Shown here: positions 46,970 through 57,442 of the stretch, piece by piece | How the letters are laid out: each line of letters begins with the position of its first letter | Position numbering within the stretch: the first letter of the stretch is position 1 | Assembly (NCBI GenBank): GCA_963713825.1 | Contig: CAVQNG010000001.1 | Coordinates: 32,001-96,000 of the forward strand | Origin: an uncultured Acidobacteriota bacterium | Lineage (GTDB): Bacteria; Acidobacteriota; Thermoanaerobaculia; Multivoradales; JAHEKO01 | Direction: 5' to 3' | Length of the DNA: 64,000 nt | The notes under the pieces: model-generated | What the model was told of the DNA's origin: nothing | Databases searched by the model: none | What the model saw: only the letters and a program-made list of their open reading frames with translations | Made by a program: the position numbers and the translations under genes

Positions 46970-49120
46970 TCAGTCCATCGAGTCGAGCAGCGTGAGATAG
47001 CGCGGGTGCTCTCGGAGCGGCTCGAGGTCTCCATCATTGACAATCCAGTCCTTGGATGCGAAGCCCACGGCCACGGCCCGCTCGAGGTAGTCGATCGCTT
47101 CGTCCAGGCGCTCCGCATTCGAATACGTGCAGGCAACATTGTAGAGAACGGCCGCATCGTTTGGGTCGATCTCAACGGCCCTCGCGGCCCATTCGAGGCC
47201 CTGTTCAGTCTCTCCGATGCCGATCAATGCGCCAGAACCGAGGTAGAGAGCTCGAGCATCGTCCGGATTCAGGTCCAGGTGTTTCTCGATGACCTCGAGA
47301 CTGCGATGGTGACAGTCCTTCGCCTTCTCTGATTCTCCCAAGCCGTGGTAAACGGAGCTCAGTAGACAGATCGATTGGAAGTCTTCTGGCCGAACCTCGC
47401 TTGCGTGCTCGAAGTGCTGGGCAGCCTCCAGAAGCTTGCTTTGCTGCCAGCATGAGCGGGCATAGAAGTAGTGCGCCTCGAACAGCTTGGGGTCGAGGCG
47501 AATTGCGGTTTCGAAAGCTTCCTGCGCTTCCTCGAATCTCTCCAGTAGCGACAGGGCCAGGCCACGGGAGGCATGGGCCTCAGGGCTCTCGGCAGCCAGC
47601 TCCAGCGCCTTGCGACTCGCCTCATCAGCACGCTTGAGATTCGACTCACTGTTGTCGAAATAGAGATAGAGATGGGATAACGAGTCCGCGATAGCTGCGT
47701 AGGGCGCAGCGAAGTTCGGATCGATCTCAATGGCTCGGTCGAACATCTGCAAACCGCGCTCGAAGGTCTTTCTGGTCCCACCGTAGAAGAGCCTCCTGCC
47801 ACGCAAGTAGTACTCGTAGGCCCGGACGTCGACCGCAGCCTGGTGCTGGATCGCCTTCTTCTCTTTGGGGCTGAGGGTTACTTGGAGGGCCTCGACGATG
47901 CTCTCCGAGATCTCGTCCTGGACTTCGAAGACGTCCTCCAGCTCGCGGTCATAGCGCTCCGACCAGAGCAGGGCACTGTCCCGGACATTGACCAACTCGG
48001 CGCTGATCCGAACCCGATTGCCGGCCTTGCGAACGCTTCCCGCGAGCACGGTCTCGACGTCGAGGCGCTCGCCGATCTGCCCGGGATCGGTGGTCTTGTC
48101 GCCGATCTGGAAGGCAGCCATGCGCGAGGCTACCCGTAGATCCCGCACCTTCGAAAGAGCGTTGATGATGTCCTCGGCAATTCCCTCGCAGAAGTAGTCC
48201 TGATCCTTCTGCGGGCTCATGTCCTTGAAGGGCAGAACCGCGACGGAGCGCTGCTGATCCGCCTTCACCTGCTTCAACTCAGCCGGCAGATCCTCCAGAT
48301 CGTTGCGCAGATCCTTGGCCGTCTGATAGCGGCGCTCCGGGTCCTTCTGCAGGCAACGCTGGATCACCCTGTCCAACTGGCGCGGCACATCGGATCGGGA
48401 GTTGGTGATGGGGTCTGGCCGATCGCGCAGAATCGCCGAGATCAAAGACGCCGAGCTCTCGCCCTTGAAAGGTCGCTCACCGGTCACCATCTCGTGCAGG
48501 ACGATGCCCGCCGAGAAGATGTCGCAGCGGTGATCGACCGGCCGACCTTCGAGCTGCTCGGGAGCCATATAGGGGATCGTCCCTAGCACCAGGCCTTCCC
48601 GGGTGAGGGCCTCGGTGGGCATCAGGCTCTGATCGGTGGGTTCATCGGCGACCAGGAGTTTGGCCAAGCCGAAATCCAGCACCTTGACCTGGCCCTCGGG
48701 AGTGACCATCACATTGGCAGGCTTGAGATCCCGGTGGGTGACACCCTTGTCGTGGGCGGCAGCCAGTGCCTGGACCAGCGGCACCGCAATCTCGAGGAAT
48801 CGGTCGAGATGCAAGCCGCCGGAAGGGAGCAGTTCAGCCAGGGTCTTGCCCTGAACCAGTTCCATGGTCAGGAAATGGAGACCCTCGGCCTGCTCGACCG
48901 AGTAGATGGTGACGATGCCAGGGTCATTGAGCGCAGCGACGAGCTCGGCCTCTCTCTGGAACCGACGAAGCCAATCTGGATTCTCGGCCATTTCGGCGGG
49001 TAGGACTTTGAGCGCCACCTGTCGTTTGAGCGACGTATCCTCCGCCAGGTAGACCTCTCCCATTCCACCCGCTCCGAGCTTGTCGAGAATCCTGTAGTGC
49101 GAGAGAGTCTCGCCGATCAT
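46970..49120 (-). CDS. Hanks-type Ser/Thr kinase with TolB-like/adenylate-cyclase-associated domain and TPRs
   Basis: LGAGGMGEVY, VALK, HRDLKPAN, DFG, APE; SVAVLPF.D.S....DYF..G; C-terminal TPRs. Confidence 0.95.
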   Translation of the reverse strand: MIGETLSHYRILDKLGAGGMGEVYLAEDTSLKRQVALKVLPAEMAENPDWLRRFQREAELVAALNDPGIVTIYSVEQAEGLHFLTMELVQGKTLAELLPSGGLHLDRFLEIAVPLVQALAAAHDKGVTHRDLKPANVMVTPEGQVKVLDFGLAKLLVADEPTDQSLMPTEALTREGLVLGTIPYMAPEQLEGRPVDHRCDIFSAGIVLHEMVTGERPFKGESSASLISAILRDRPDPITNSRSDVPRQLDRVIQRCLQKDPERRYQTAKDLRNDLEDLPAELKQVKADQQRSVAVLPFKDMSPQKDQDYFCEGIAEDIINALSKVRDLRVASRMAAFQIGDKTTDPGQIGERLDVETVLAGSVRKAGNRVRISAELVNVRDSALLWSERYDRELEDVFEVQDEISESIVEALQVTLSPKEKKAIQHQAAVDVRAYEYYLRGRRLFYGGTRKTFERGLQMFDRAIEIDPNFAAPYAAIADSLSHLYLYFDNSESNLKRADEASRKALELAAESPEAHASRGLALSLLERFEEAQEAFETAIRLDPKLFEAHYFYARSCWQQSKLLEAAQHFEHASEVRPEDFQSICLLSSVYHGLGESEKAKDCHHRSLEVIEKHLDLNPDDARALYLGSGALIGIGETEQGLEWAARAVEIDPNDAAVLYNVACTYSNAERLDEAIDYLERAVAVGFASKDWIVNDGDLEPLREHPRYLTLLDSMD

Positions 49121-49224
49121 AGAAGGCACCCCTATTCTGGATTTTCTCTATCCTATCCCAGACTTTCTGGGCAGCCTCGGCACCTTCCCGAGGGCAGGAC
49201 TGCAGGAATGGCCGGGGAATGAAG

Positions 49225-49248
49225 AGGCTGGCTACTGCACGGTGCTGG
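49225..49248. repeat. 24-bp direct repeat, copy 2
   Basis: Identical to 46865-46888. Confidence 0.75.
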
Positions 49249-49268
49249 TCCTGATTGAACAGCGGCGA

Positions 49269-49553
49269 TCAGGATTCCAATTCTCGCTTCATGTCCTCGA
49301 TCTCGGCGCGCGACCATTTTCTGAGCAGGATGACCCGGGTGTCGGCGCGGTATTGAGGGGGAACAATCTGTAGAGCTTCCTCGCGACTGTCCAGATCGGC
49401 AATCAGCCAACCGGTGTGAACACCATCCTCGCAGCCCCAGTCAGTGTTGGTAATCAGGTGAGAGCCAAGTTGCATGATGGCTTCCAGAGCTCGAACGCAA
49501 CCCTCGTGTTCATTACTGTGGTGGCACTCGATGAGAAATCGCGGCACTTCCAC
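49269..49553 (-). CDS. Small hypothetical protein with Cys/His motif
   Basis: RFLIE..H....C...WGC.DG.H..W...EA..IVP..R; GGAGG RBS. Confidence 0.7.
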   Translation of the reverse strand: MEVPRFLIECHHSNEHEGCVRALEAIMQLGSHLITNTDWGCEDGVHTGWLIADLDSREEALQIVPPQYRADTRVILLRKWSRAEIEDMKRELES

Positions 49554-49871
49554 ACCTCCTACTCGAAGAAATCCTGGCGGAATTGTACCTGGTCATGGCG
49601 ATCCACTCCGAGGACGAGTGGGAACAGACGGAAATGATTCGACTCGAGCCCACCCCTCGGGGTGGTGTGTGCTGGGGTCGCTGCAGCTAGGGTTTGGGAG
49701 ATCAGGCGACTACCACTTTCCTCCTGAGGGAGGTCGCATGGCGCTCTTCAGGAAGATCGATCTGAGTCCGTACTGACAGCTGAAATCAGGCAGGCACTCG
49801 CCCTGCAAGTCCACTGAATACTCTTGTGCAATTGAGCTTTATTGAATCGACCTCGATGAAAGGATTCGCCC

Positions 49872-52337
49872 ATGCCGGCAGCTCAGGTTCCAGATAGCGC
49901 GCGCGTCGTCATCATCGGTGGCGGCATCATCGGTTGTTCCATCGCCTACCACCTTGGCCATCTTGGTTGGAGCGACGTGGTCCTGGTCGAACGTGATCAG
50001 CTCACCTCGGGCACGACCTGGCACGCGGCGGGCCTGATGACCACCTTTGGCTCGACCTCGGAGACCTCGGTCGAGATGCGCATGTACACGCGCGATCTCT
50101 ACGGGCGCCTCGAGGCGGAGACCGAGCAATCCACCGGATTCGAGGCCTTGGGTTTCATCGAGCTGGCCGCGGACAGGGACCGAGTGGAAGAGTATCGCCG
50201 GGTGGCGGCCTTCAATCGGATGTGCGGCAACGACGTCGAGGAGATCGGTCCCGACGAGATCAAGAAGCTCTTCCCCCTGGCCAGGTTGGACGATATCGAG
50301 GCCGGCTTCTACTTGAGGAAAGACGGGCGGGTCAATCCCGTCGACGCCACCATGGCCCTGGCCAAGGGTGCGGAGCAGTTGGGCGTGCAGATCCTCGAGG
50401 GCGTTTCGGTCACGGGCGTCAACACCCAGAACGGCCGGGCCACAGGTGTGACCACCTCTCAGGGCGATATCAAGGCGGAGTTCGTGGTCAATTGTGCAGG
50501 CATGTGGGCCAGGCAACTCGGTGCCCTCAACGGCGTGAGCATCCCGAACCAGTCGACCGAGCACTACTACCTTATGACCGAGCCGATCGAGGGCATGACG
50601 CGAGAGCTTCCCATCATCGAAGACCCCTCCTGTCACGGTTACTACAGGGAAGAAGGCGGTGGCCTGATGATCGGTCTGTTCGAGCCGGTCTGCGCTCCCT
50701 GGAAGGTGAACGGCGTCCCCGATGATTTCTCCTTCGGCAAGATTCCGCCCGACTGGGATCGCATGATGCCCTTCCTCGAAAGAGCCATGACCCGCGTTCC
50801 CGTCTCGCAGGGGGCTGGCATCAAGGAGTTGTTCTGCGGTCCAGAGAGCTTTACGCCCGACATGGGGGTGGCCTTCGGAGAAGCGCCGGAAGTGCAGAAC
50901 TATTTTGTCGCCGCGGGGCTCAACTCCATCGGCATCATCACCGCCGGCGGGCTTGGCAAGATCATGGCCCAGTGGATCACTACCGGCGATCCGGGCGCGG
51001 ACATCACCGGCATGAACGTGGATCGCTTTCATCCCTATCAGTGCAATCCCGAATACCGCAAGACCCGCGTGGTCGAGACGCTGGGATTGGTCTACCGGCG
51101 GCATTACCCGACCCGCATTCCCCAGACCGCACGTGATTGCAAGCGCTCGCCTTTTTACGATCGTATGAAGGATCAGCGCGCCTATTTCACCGACGTGAGC
51201 GGCTGGGAAAGCCCGGCCTGGTATGCGCCGGAAGGTCAGGAGCCCAAGGTCGACAAGCTCTCCTGGGGGCGTCAGAACTGGTTCCCCTACTGGGAAGCGG
51301 AACACAAGGCGTGTCGTGAGGGTGTCATCGTCATGGACATGTCCTTCATGGGGAAGTTCCTGGTGCAGGGACGCGACGCCGGTAAGGTGCTCGACACCAT
51401 TTCGGCCAACAGCGTCAACGGCCCCGCTGAGACCATCACCTACACCCAATTCCTCAACGAGTGGGGCAAGCTGGAAGCCGACGTCACCGTGACCAAGCAG
51501 ACCGAGGAGCGCTTCATCGTGGTGGTTACCGACACCATGCACCGCCATGTCGAGACCTGGATCAGGCGCCACATCCCAGGTGATGCCAACTGCTTTGTCA
51601 CCGACATCACGGGCGGCATCGCCCAGCTCAATGTGCAAGGTCCCAAGTCGCGCCAGCTTCTGCAGTCCATCACCTCGGCCGATCTGTCCAACGAGGCCTT
51701 TCCCTTCCGCACTTCCCGCGAGATCGATATCGGGTTTGCGCGCCTGCAATGCAACCGCATCACCTACGTAGGCGAGCTCGGCTACGAGCTCTGTATTCCC
51801 TCGGAGCAGGCCGTGCAGGTTTACGACCACGTGGTCGAGGCAGGCAAGAGCTTTGGCCTGCGCCATGCCGGACTCAGAGCCCTGGGTAGCCTTCGCATGG
51901 AGAAGGCGTATCGCGACTACGGTCACGACATCGACAACACCGACGACGCCTATGAGACCGGTCTTGGGATGTTTGTGGATCTGGGCAAGCCGGACTTTCT
52001 CGGCAAGGCCTATTGCGTCGAAAAGAAGGCCCAAGGCCCGGCCTACAACCGACGCTTGGTGCAGGTGCTGGTCAAGGACCCCGAGCCGTTGCTCTACCAC
52101 GCGGAGGTCATTCACCGGAACAACAAGGCGGTCGGCTATGTCCGCGCGGCAAGCTACGGCTTCACCCTCGGTGGCGCTGTGGGTCTGGCCATGATCGAAG
52201 CCGACGAGCCCATCGACAAGACCTACCTGGAAGAGGGCGAGTGGGAGATCGATATCGCCGGCAAGCGCTACCCCCTGCAGGTGAGCCTGGCCAGCCGCGC
52301 GATGTATGACCCAAAGATGGAGAAGGTCCGAGCCTAG
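49872..52337 (+). CDS. GcvT-family FAD oxidoreductase (dimethylglycine/sarcosine dehydrogenase-like)
   Basis: IIGGGIIG, TSGTTWHAAG, GPESFTPD, GWE.P.W, TYVGELGYE, SLRMEK.YR. Confidence 0.93.
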   Translation: MPAAQVPDSARVVIIGGGIIGCSIAYHLGHLGWSDVVLVERDQLTSGTTWHAAGLMTTFGSTSETSVEMRMYTRDLYGRLEAETEQSTGFEALGFIELAADRDRVEEYRRVAAFNRMCGNDVEEIGPDEIKKLFPLARLDDIEAGFYLRKDGRVNPVDATMALAKGAEQLGVQILEGVSVTGVNTQNGRATGVTTSQGDIKAEFVVNCAGMWARQLGALNGVSIPNQSTEHYYLMTEPIEGMTRELPIIEDPSCHGYYREEGGGLMIGLFEPVCAPWKVNGVPDDFSFGKIPPDWDRMMPFLERAMTRVPVSQGAGIKELFCGPESFTPDMGVAFGEAPEVQNYFVAAGLNSIGIITAGGLGKIMAQWITTGDPGADITGMNVDRFHPYQCNPEYRKTRVVETLGLVYRRHYPTRIPQTARDCKRSPFYDRMKDQRAYFTDVSGWESPAWYAPEGQEPKVDKLSWGRQNWFPYWEAEHKACREGVIVMDMSFMGKFLVQGRDAGKVLDTISANSVNGPAETITYTQFLNEWGKLEADVTVTKQTEERFIVVVTDTMHRHVETWIRRHIPGDANCFVTDITGGIAQLNVQGPKSRQLLQSITSADLSNEAFPFRTSREIDIGFARLQCNRITYVGELGYELCIPSEQAVQVYDHVVEAGKSFGLRHAGLRALGSLRMEKAYRDYGHDIDNTDDAYETGLGMFVDLGKPDFLGKAYCVEKKAQGPAYNRRLVQVLVKDPEPLLYHAEVIHRNNKAVGYVRAASYGFTLGGAVGLAMIEADEPIDKTYLEEGEWEIDIAGKRYPLQVSLASRAMYDPKMEKVRA

Positions 52338-52571
52338 AGCGCATCGACCAGAAGCGCCGCCGTCCACCTCCCAGGAGCTCCCGACCCGACCAAAGGCGCT
52401 ATGCGGGTCGTCCTCTTCCCTTCGTGTGCGATTCGCGGCTCCGGCCCCGAGTCGGAACGCAAGTCAGATCTGGTATGTCCGCACGAGAGGACGTTCTGGC
52501 AGCAGCACGCTGCGTTCAGGTCCCTGCAACGGGGAGACACGAAGGCACGGTTCTTGCTGCTGCTATGAGTT

Positions 52572-53483
52572 ATGAAAACTCACGGATTCGCATTCGTTGC
52601 ACTAGTGAGTCTTGCGCTCGTCACCACCACCGGTACCGCTGCCACCTTCGAGGGTCGAGCTTGGGGCGACATCCACGTGCAGACCATGGACGGCGCTACC
52701 TACGAATTTCAATCGACCGGCGAGTTCATAGCGAGTCGCTCGACGGCTCGAGATCTCGAGGTGCAGTTGCGTCTCGAGTCGAGGGGGTTTTCGCCGCATG
52801 TGTCGGTTGCCACGGCCGTGGCCGTGCTCGTCGATACGACCCGGGCGTCGGTGATGTTGGGTCGAGAGCCCCTGCTCTATGTTGACGGCCAGCCAGCGGC
52901 TTTGCCCGATGGTTTCGTCGAGCTACCGGATGGCGGTCGGATCGAGCGCTCGAAGCGAGGGTATGAGGTCTTCTGGGCCGATGGATCGACCTTGTCCATC
53001 GATGTGCGCAAACGATTCCTGAATGCCTATTTGAGGCCTGCCGAACCTCGCCGGGGCGCGCTCTCTGGCCTGTTCGGCAACTTCAATGGCAACGCTGTGG
53101 ACGATGTCGATGCCACGATGGCAGCCCTCGGCTCGGGCTCACATTCCCAAGTGAACTCTGCCCTCGCCGAGCTGGCGCGAGCTCTCCTCGCCGACGATGA
53201 CGACCCCGCGCTCCTGGCTCAGGAGGAGTCGATCTTCGAGTACGAGCCGGGACAAAACACGTATTCCTTCCGACGGCCCAAGCCCACACGAGAAGCCACG
53301 CCGGAAGCCCTGACCGCCAGCTGGCGGAAGAGAGCGGAGGAGGTGTGCGTGGAGGCTGGCGTGACGGAGGCTGAACTGTTGAAGGCCTGCATCGTCGACG
53401 TTGGCTACACGCACGACGAGAGCTTTGCCGAGACCGCCGCGGCGGTTCAGGCGCGAGACCTGACCAACTGGGACTCGGACTAG
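52572..53483 (+). CDS. Secreted von Willebrand factor type D domain protein
   Basis: WGDIH..T.DG..Y.FQ..GEF, GLFGNFNG...DD, C-terminal C..AG......C..D. Confidence 0.75.
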   Translation: MKTHGFAFVALVSLALVTTTGTAATFEGRAWGDIHVQTMDGATYEFQSTGEFIASRSTARDLEVQLRLESRGFSPHVSVATAVAVLVDTTRASVMLGREPLLYVDGQPAALPDGFVELPDGGRIERSKRGYEVFWADGSTLSIDVRKRFLNAYLRPAEPRRGALSGLFGNFNGNAVDDVDATMAALGSGSHSQVNSALAELARALLADDDDPALLAQEESIFEYEPGQNTYSFRRPKPTREATPEALTASWRKRAEEVCVEAGVTEAELLKACIVDVGYTHDESFAETAAAVQARDLTNWDSD

Positions 53484-53613
53484 GCACGCGGAGCCGACGC
53501 GGGTTTCTAGTTCTCGCCACTATCCGTCGGCGACTGTCTGATCTGCGATCAATTCTCTTCCTCTAGTACTATCGAGACGTGCCCCGCGACTTTGCTGGTT
53601 GCGCTCGAGAGCG

Positions 53614-54693
53614 ATGCAAATGGTGCCTGACAAGTTTCCTCTGGCTGTAGTGACTGCCACCTTGCTGTTGCTGGCAACGACGCCGGCTTCTGGTGTCGCA
53701 TCGAACAGTGGTGAACATGCAGCGAAGGCGAGTGCTGCGCTTGCGGACCTGGCGGATCAGGGCTTTGTCGGATCTGTGCTTGTTGCACGGGGCGGCGAGG
53801 TCCTGTTTTCCGGCGATTTCGGATTTGATCCGCAGCCTCGTGCTGTCCCCTCGTACTGGATCGCATCCATTACGAAGCAGTTTGTAGCGGCAGGGATCTT
53901 GATCCTCGAGCAGCGCGGACAGCTGAACCTCGATGATCCAATCTCTGAGCACCTATTGGACGTGCCCGCCGACAAATCGGGGATCACCGTTTTTCATCTC
54001 CTGACTCACACATCTGGGCTGGAACAGGTGTATGCGGCCGACGGTGTGACAGACGAAGTTGCCGCAAGGAACGCGCTGCTTGGAGCCCCGTTTGTATCGG
54101 AACCCGGCGGGCAGTTCTCGTATGCGAACGACAACTACAATCTGCTCGCACTAGTCCTGGAGCGCTACACCGATCAGTCGTACGAGGATTTTCTGCGCCA
54201 TGAGATCCTCGAGCCGACGGGCATGCGACATTCAGCCTTCTGGGGAGAGCCAATCGAACAAGGGACCATCGTGCCGCCAGTTGCAGCGCCGTTTCAGGGC
54301 GGCACACCAGAGCCGAACTGGGGATTCAGAGGTGCCACCGGCATGCGCGCCTCGGTGGGGGACTTGTTTGCCTGGGTCCAATCGCTCGCCGGGGACGGAC
54401 CGCTTGCCAAGAACAGCGTAGACCTGTTGATGGGCAATCATGTGCAGACCGCTGGTGGAACGGAGATCGGCTTCAATTGGTTTGGCGGTCAAACAGAAAG
54501 TGGCGTGCGTATGCTCTTCTCCAGAGGGCAGGAGAGTTTTGGCGGCAATGCCGTCATCTACGTGTATCCCGAACAGAATCTCACGATCATCACGGCTACC
54601 AATGCCGGCCCTGCAGAGACCGGAGAGGGGCCCGTCCAAGGTTGGTCCCGGTTATCGCACAAGGCGCTTGCTGCAATCTACCTCGACCCGTAA
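53614..54693 (+). CDS. Serine hydrolase (beta-lactamase family)
   Basis: IASITKQF, LLTHTSGL, PG..FSYAN. Confidence 0.88.
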   Translation: MQMVPDKFPLAVVTATLLLLATTPASGVASNSGEHAAKASAALADLADQGFVGSVLVARGGEVLFSGDFGFDPQPRAVPSYWIASITKQFVAAGILILEQRGQLNLDDPISEHLLDVPADKSGITVFHLLTHTSGLEQVYAADGVTDEVAARNALLGAPFVSEPGGQFSYANDNYNLLALVLERYTDQSYEDFLRHEILEPTGMRHSAFWGEPIEQGTIVPPVAAPFQGGTPEPNWGFRGATGMRASVGDLFAWVQSLAGDGPLAKNSVDLLMGNHVQTAGGTEIGFNWFGGQTESGVRMLFSRGQESFGGNAVIYVYPEQNLTIITATNAGPAETGEGPVQGWSRLSHKALAAIYLDP

Positions 54694-54948
54694 GGGTTGC
54701 CGCCAGCGGAAGATGGGACCGGCTGGCGTCCCCCCGGCCACCGCGATCTGTACGTAGCCTCCTGGCTCGGGATAGGACGTAACAAAGACATCGTCGCGCC
54801 CGGTCTCGTCGGAGACACAGGTGAGCCAGCGACCATCTGGCGACAGGGCTCGGTCGCTCGAATCCCTGGCAGACCGAAGCAGCGGAACTGGACAACGATG
54901 CCAGTCTCCTCCGTGGTGATCTGTAGCGACCTCCGGTACAATTCAGGT

Positions 54949-55185
54949 GTGACGTCAGCTTCAGAAAGACGTGTAGAGCGGGCGAAGGCTCGTTCGAGTT
55001 GGCCCATTCGCCGATATGCTCTCGGTGCTGAACCCGGAGAGAACATTCGGGGCTGGACCACCCCAACCGAGCGCTTGGCAATGATGTGGGAACTCTCTCG
55101 TCAGGCGTGGGTCTTGTCTGGACTCCCGTTGCCTGACTATCCCCGCAATCGCGCCCCTGGCCGAGTCGTTCGCCCTCGCCAATGA
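54949..55185 (+). CDS. Small hypothetical, partner of the downstream nucleotidyltransferase
   Basis: TP.ERL..MWELS..AW motif; ATGA overlap with the next gene. Confidence 0.55.
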   Translation: MTSASERRVERAKARSSWPIRRYALGAEPGENIRGWTTPTERLAMMWELSRQAWVLSGLPLPDYPRNRAPGRVVRPRQ

Positions 55186-55661
55186 ACGTTGAATCTGGTT
55201 TCAACGACGACTTCCTCGACATCTTGCGGGCTCTGGTCGAGTCCGGAGCGGAGTTTCTGGTCGTAGGCGCCTACGCCTTGGCTTTGCATGGCGTACCCAG
55301 GTCGACGGGCGATCTCGATGTCTGGGTGCACCCGACCCCAGAAAACGCTCAGCGAGTGCTCGAAGCTCTCGAGGCCTTCGGTGCCCCGATCCAGGCGCAT
55401 GGGGTGACACTGGCCGATTTCGAGACCCCCGAGAGTGTGTACCAGATAGGCCTCCCGCCCCGCCGAATCGATTTGATGACCGGCCTGTCTGGGGTCGAAT
55501 TCAAAGAGGCCTGGAACTCGCGGATCGAAGTCGAGATCGATGGGCTGCAAGTTCCGTTTCTCGGCCTCGATGCCCTACGTCGGAACAAGCAGGCGACTGG
55601 CAGGGGCAAGGATCTCCTCGACTTGCGGCTTCTGAGCGAATCGCAGACCGAGGATGAGTGA
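55182..55661 (+). CDS. Nucleotidyltransferase-fold protein (DUF6036-like)
   Basis: VVGAYALA.HG.PR.TGDLD, RIDL.T...G, NK.A.GR.KD..D. Confidence 0.8.
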   Translation: MNVESGFNDDFLDILRALVESGAEFLVVGAYALALHGVPRSTGDLDVWVHPTPENAQRVLEALEAFGAPIQAHGVTLADFETPESVYQIGLPPRRIDLMTGLSGVEFKEAWNSRIEVEIDGLQVPFLGLDALRRNKQATGRGKDLLDLRLLSESQTEDE

Positions 55662-55719
55662 CGGAGCACGCAGGCGGCCGACTGGATACGGCGTCGGTAA
55701 GTGGAACGAGCCCCGTGAA

Positions 55720-56580
55720 TCAGGGCCGCAAACTGACCAAAGCCAGGAAGCGTCCGTCGGAACTGACCGCGCATCGGCCACTTTTGTCGAGCCCAGGTGC
55801 CTCCAGTAGGGCCAGGTCCCTCCAGTCCTCGTCAACTCCGGGCTGGAATTGGAGCAGCTTTGTGCCGCTGGCGGTGATCATGAATCCGTCCGGATGCCAG
55901 CAATAGTCCTCGTTGTCGGGGGAGATCGACACCAGCGGGGTCACGGTCTTGCTGTCGGGGTCGAGGCGCTTGATCACCCAGTTCCAGTCGCTCTGCTTGT
56001 GCACGAAGCTGAAGTGTTCGCTACCTGGGATGGCGTGAATGCTGCGACCCGCCTGGTCGATCACATACAAAGACTCGCCGGCGCCGGGGCCGACATCGAC
56101 ACCAGTAGGCTCGAAGAACAGCGAATAGGCATACCGCCCCCAGAACAAGACACCTTTGTCATTGCGAGCGTAGTAGCCAACCGGAACATAGCTGGTCAGT
56201 AGACGTTCGGCTTGGCCGCCTTGGTACGCCCGATGCCACACGTGTTGGTAAGGGTTGCCCTCTTGCAGCACGTAGCTGAAACGGTCATCGCCATAGGGCT
56301 GCGGAGAGAACTCGTTCTCGGCGGGTGTATTGGTGAGATTGCTTACCTGACCGTCGGCAATTCGGAATCGGAAGAGGTCGGTCTGCTCGCCGGCGCGATC
56401 GGAGGAGAACATCAGGGCCTGGCTGTCCAGGGTGAACGCCGGCTGATTGTCATAGCCCTCGCGGTCGGTCACCTGTTGGACCAGGGCGAAGTCCCGACTG
56501 ATGTCGAACAGGTAGATGTCGAAGCCCTGGGCGAACAGGGGAGCGGGCACGAGTAGGAAGGAGATCAACAAAAGTCTCAT
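55720..56580 (-). CDS. Secreted TolB-like (PD40) beta-propeller protein
   Basis: GYDNQPAF, FSSDR, ENEFSP, VGYY, R.AVS.DG..LA.V. Confidence 0.75.
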   Translation of the reverse strand: MRLLLISFLLVPAPLFAQGFDIYLFDISRDFALVQQVTDREGYDNQPAFTLDSQALMFSSDRAGEQTDLFRFRIADGQVSNLTNTPAENEFSPQPYGDDRFSYVLQEGNPYQHVWHRAYQGGQAERLLTSYVPVGYYARNDKGVLFWGRYAYSLFFEPTGVDVGPGAGESLYVIDQAGRSIHAIPGSEHFSFVHKQSDWNWVIKRLDPDSKTVTPLVSISPDNEDYCWHPDGFMITASGTKLLQFQPGVDEDWRDLALLEAPGLDKSGRCAVSSDGRFLALVSLRP

Positions 56581-56791
56581 GAGTGCGTCCTTTGAGGATG
56601 AATGGAACGAGGATAGCAAAGAGCATCGTGCGCAGCAGTTGGAATCCACTGGGCGGGATCTTCCAACCTCTCGTGATTTCTGCGTGGTACGATCGCGCCA
56701 ACATTTCCAGCAACTGGCTGTATGAGCTGTGCGGTGGTGGGACTTGCCACACGCGCTACGAAGAAGAAACGACGCTAGGGGAGGGACCGCG

Positions 56792-57307
56792 ATGAAGCCC
56801 GAAGGAACAACACAGCAGATTCGTCACCTGACAGGCCTCACTATCGCTCTGGTTCTGTTCCTCCTCGCAAACGCGAGTACGGGTCAAGAGATCGGCGTTA
56901 TGCAGTTCCCCGAGGGCGAGGTTCAGCACGTAGTGCGTGCCGAAAGCACACCCTGGAAACCGTGTCCACCGACGCTGCCGGCCGGTTGTGAGATGGCCGT
57001 GCTCGAGGGCGATCCGCAGGGCGAGGACCTCTTTACGGTGCGGTTTCGCGCCAGCGGCACTTTCGTGATGCCGCCGCACTGGCACCCCAGGGATGAACGT
57101 GTGACGATTATCAGTGGTACTGCGGCGGTTGCTTTTGGAGCCGACAGCGAGCGCAAAGACGCAACGGAGTTCGGTCCGGGGGACTACTACGTAAACGCAC
57201 GCCACGCGGTGCACATCGTCTGGATCGAGGGTCCCACCGTCCTTCAGATCACCGGCATTGGACCCTGGAAAGCAGTACCGGCCACCGAAGCAGCTCCGCC
57301 GGGCTGA
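56792..57307 (+). CDS. Cupin-domain protein (DUF4437-like)
   Basis: AVLEGDP...FTVR...PPHWHP.DE.VT.ISG...GPW. Confidence 0.8.
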   Translation: MKPEGTTQQIRHLTGLTIALVLFLLANASTGQEIGVMQFPEGEVQHVVRAESTPWKPCPPTLPAGCEMAVLEGDPQGEDLFTVRFRASGTFVMPPHWHPRDERVTIISGTAAVAFGADSERKDATEFGPGDYYVNARHAVHIVWIEGPTVLQITGIGPWKAVPATEAAPPG

Positions 57308-57337
57308 TCACGCCGCGCGATCGTTGCCGGGAGGCGC

Positions 57338-57442
57338 CTAAGCAGGAGTTTCATCGTCGCGGGCCAGGCGCTCTTCCAGGGCGACGAGTCGGCGCTCGAG
57401 CTCAGCTTGGACCTCTTTCGGGATCTCGGGATTCACGCTCAT
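57338..57442 (-). CDS. Possible 34-aa small protein
   Basis: MSVNPEIPKEVQAELERRLVALEERLARDDETPA; AGAGG upstream; GC-typical codons. Confidence 0.35.
   Translation of the reverse strand: MSVNPEIPKEVQAELERRLVALEERLARDDETPA

Noticed and set aside
46439-47332. 297-aa plus-strand ORF
   Set aside because: Overlaps the PilZ and kinase genes on the opposite strand; no motifs.
49839-52367. 842-aa minus-strand ORF
   Set aside because: Antisense shadow of the GcvT-family gene; typical of GC-rich DNA, with no motifs.
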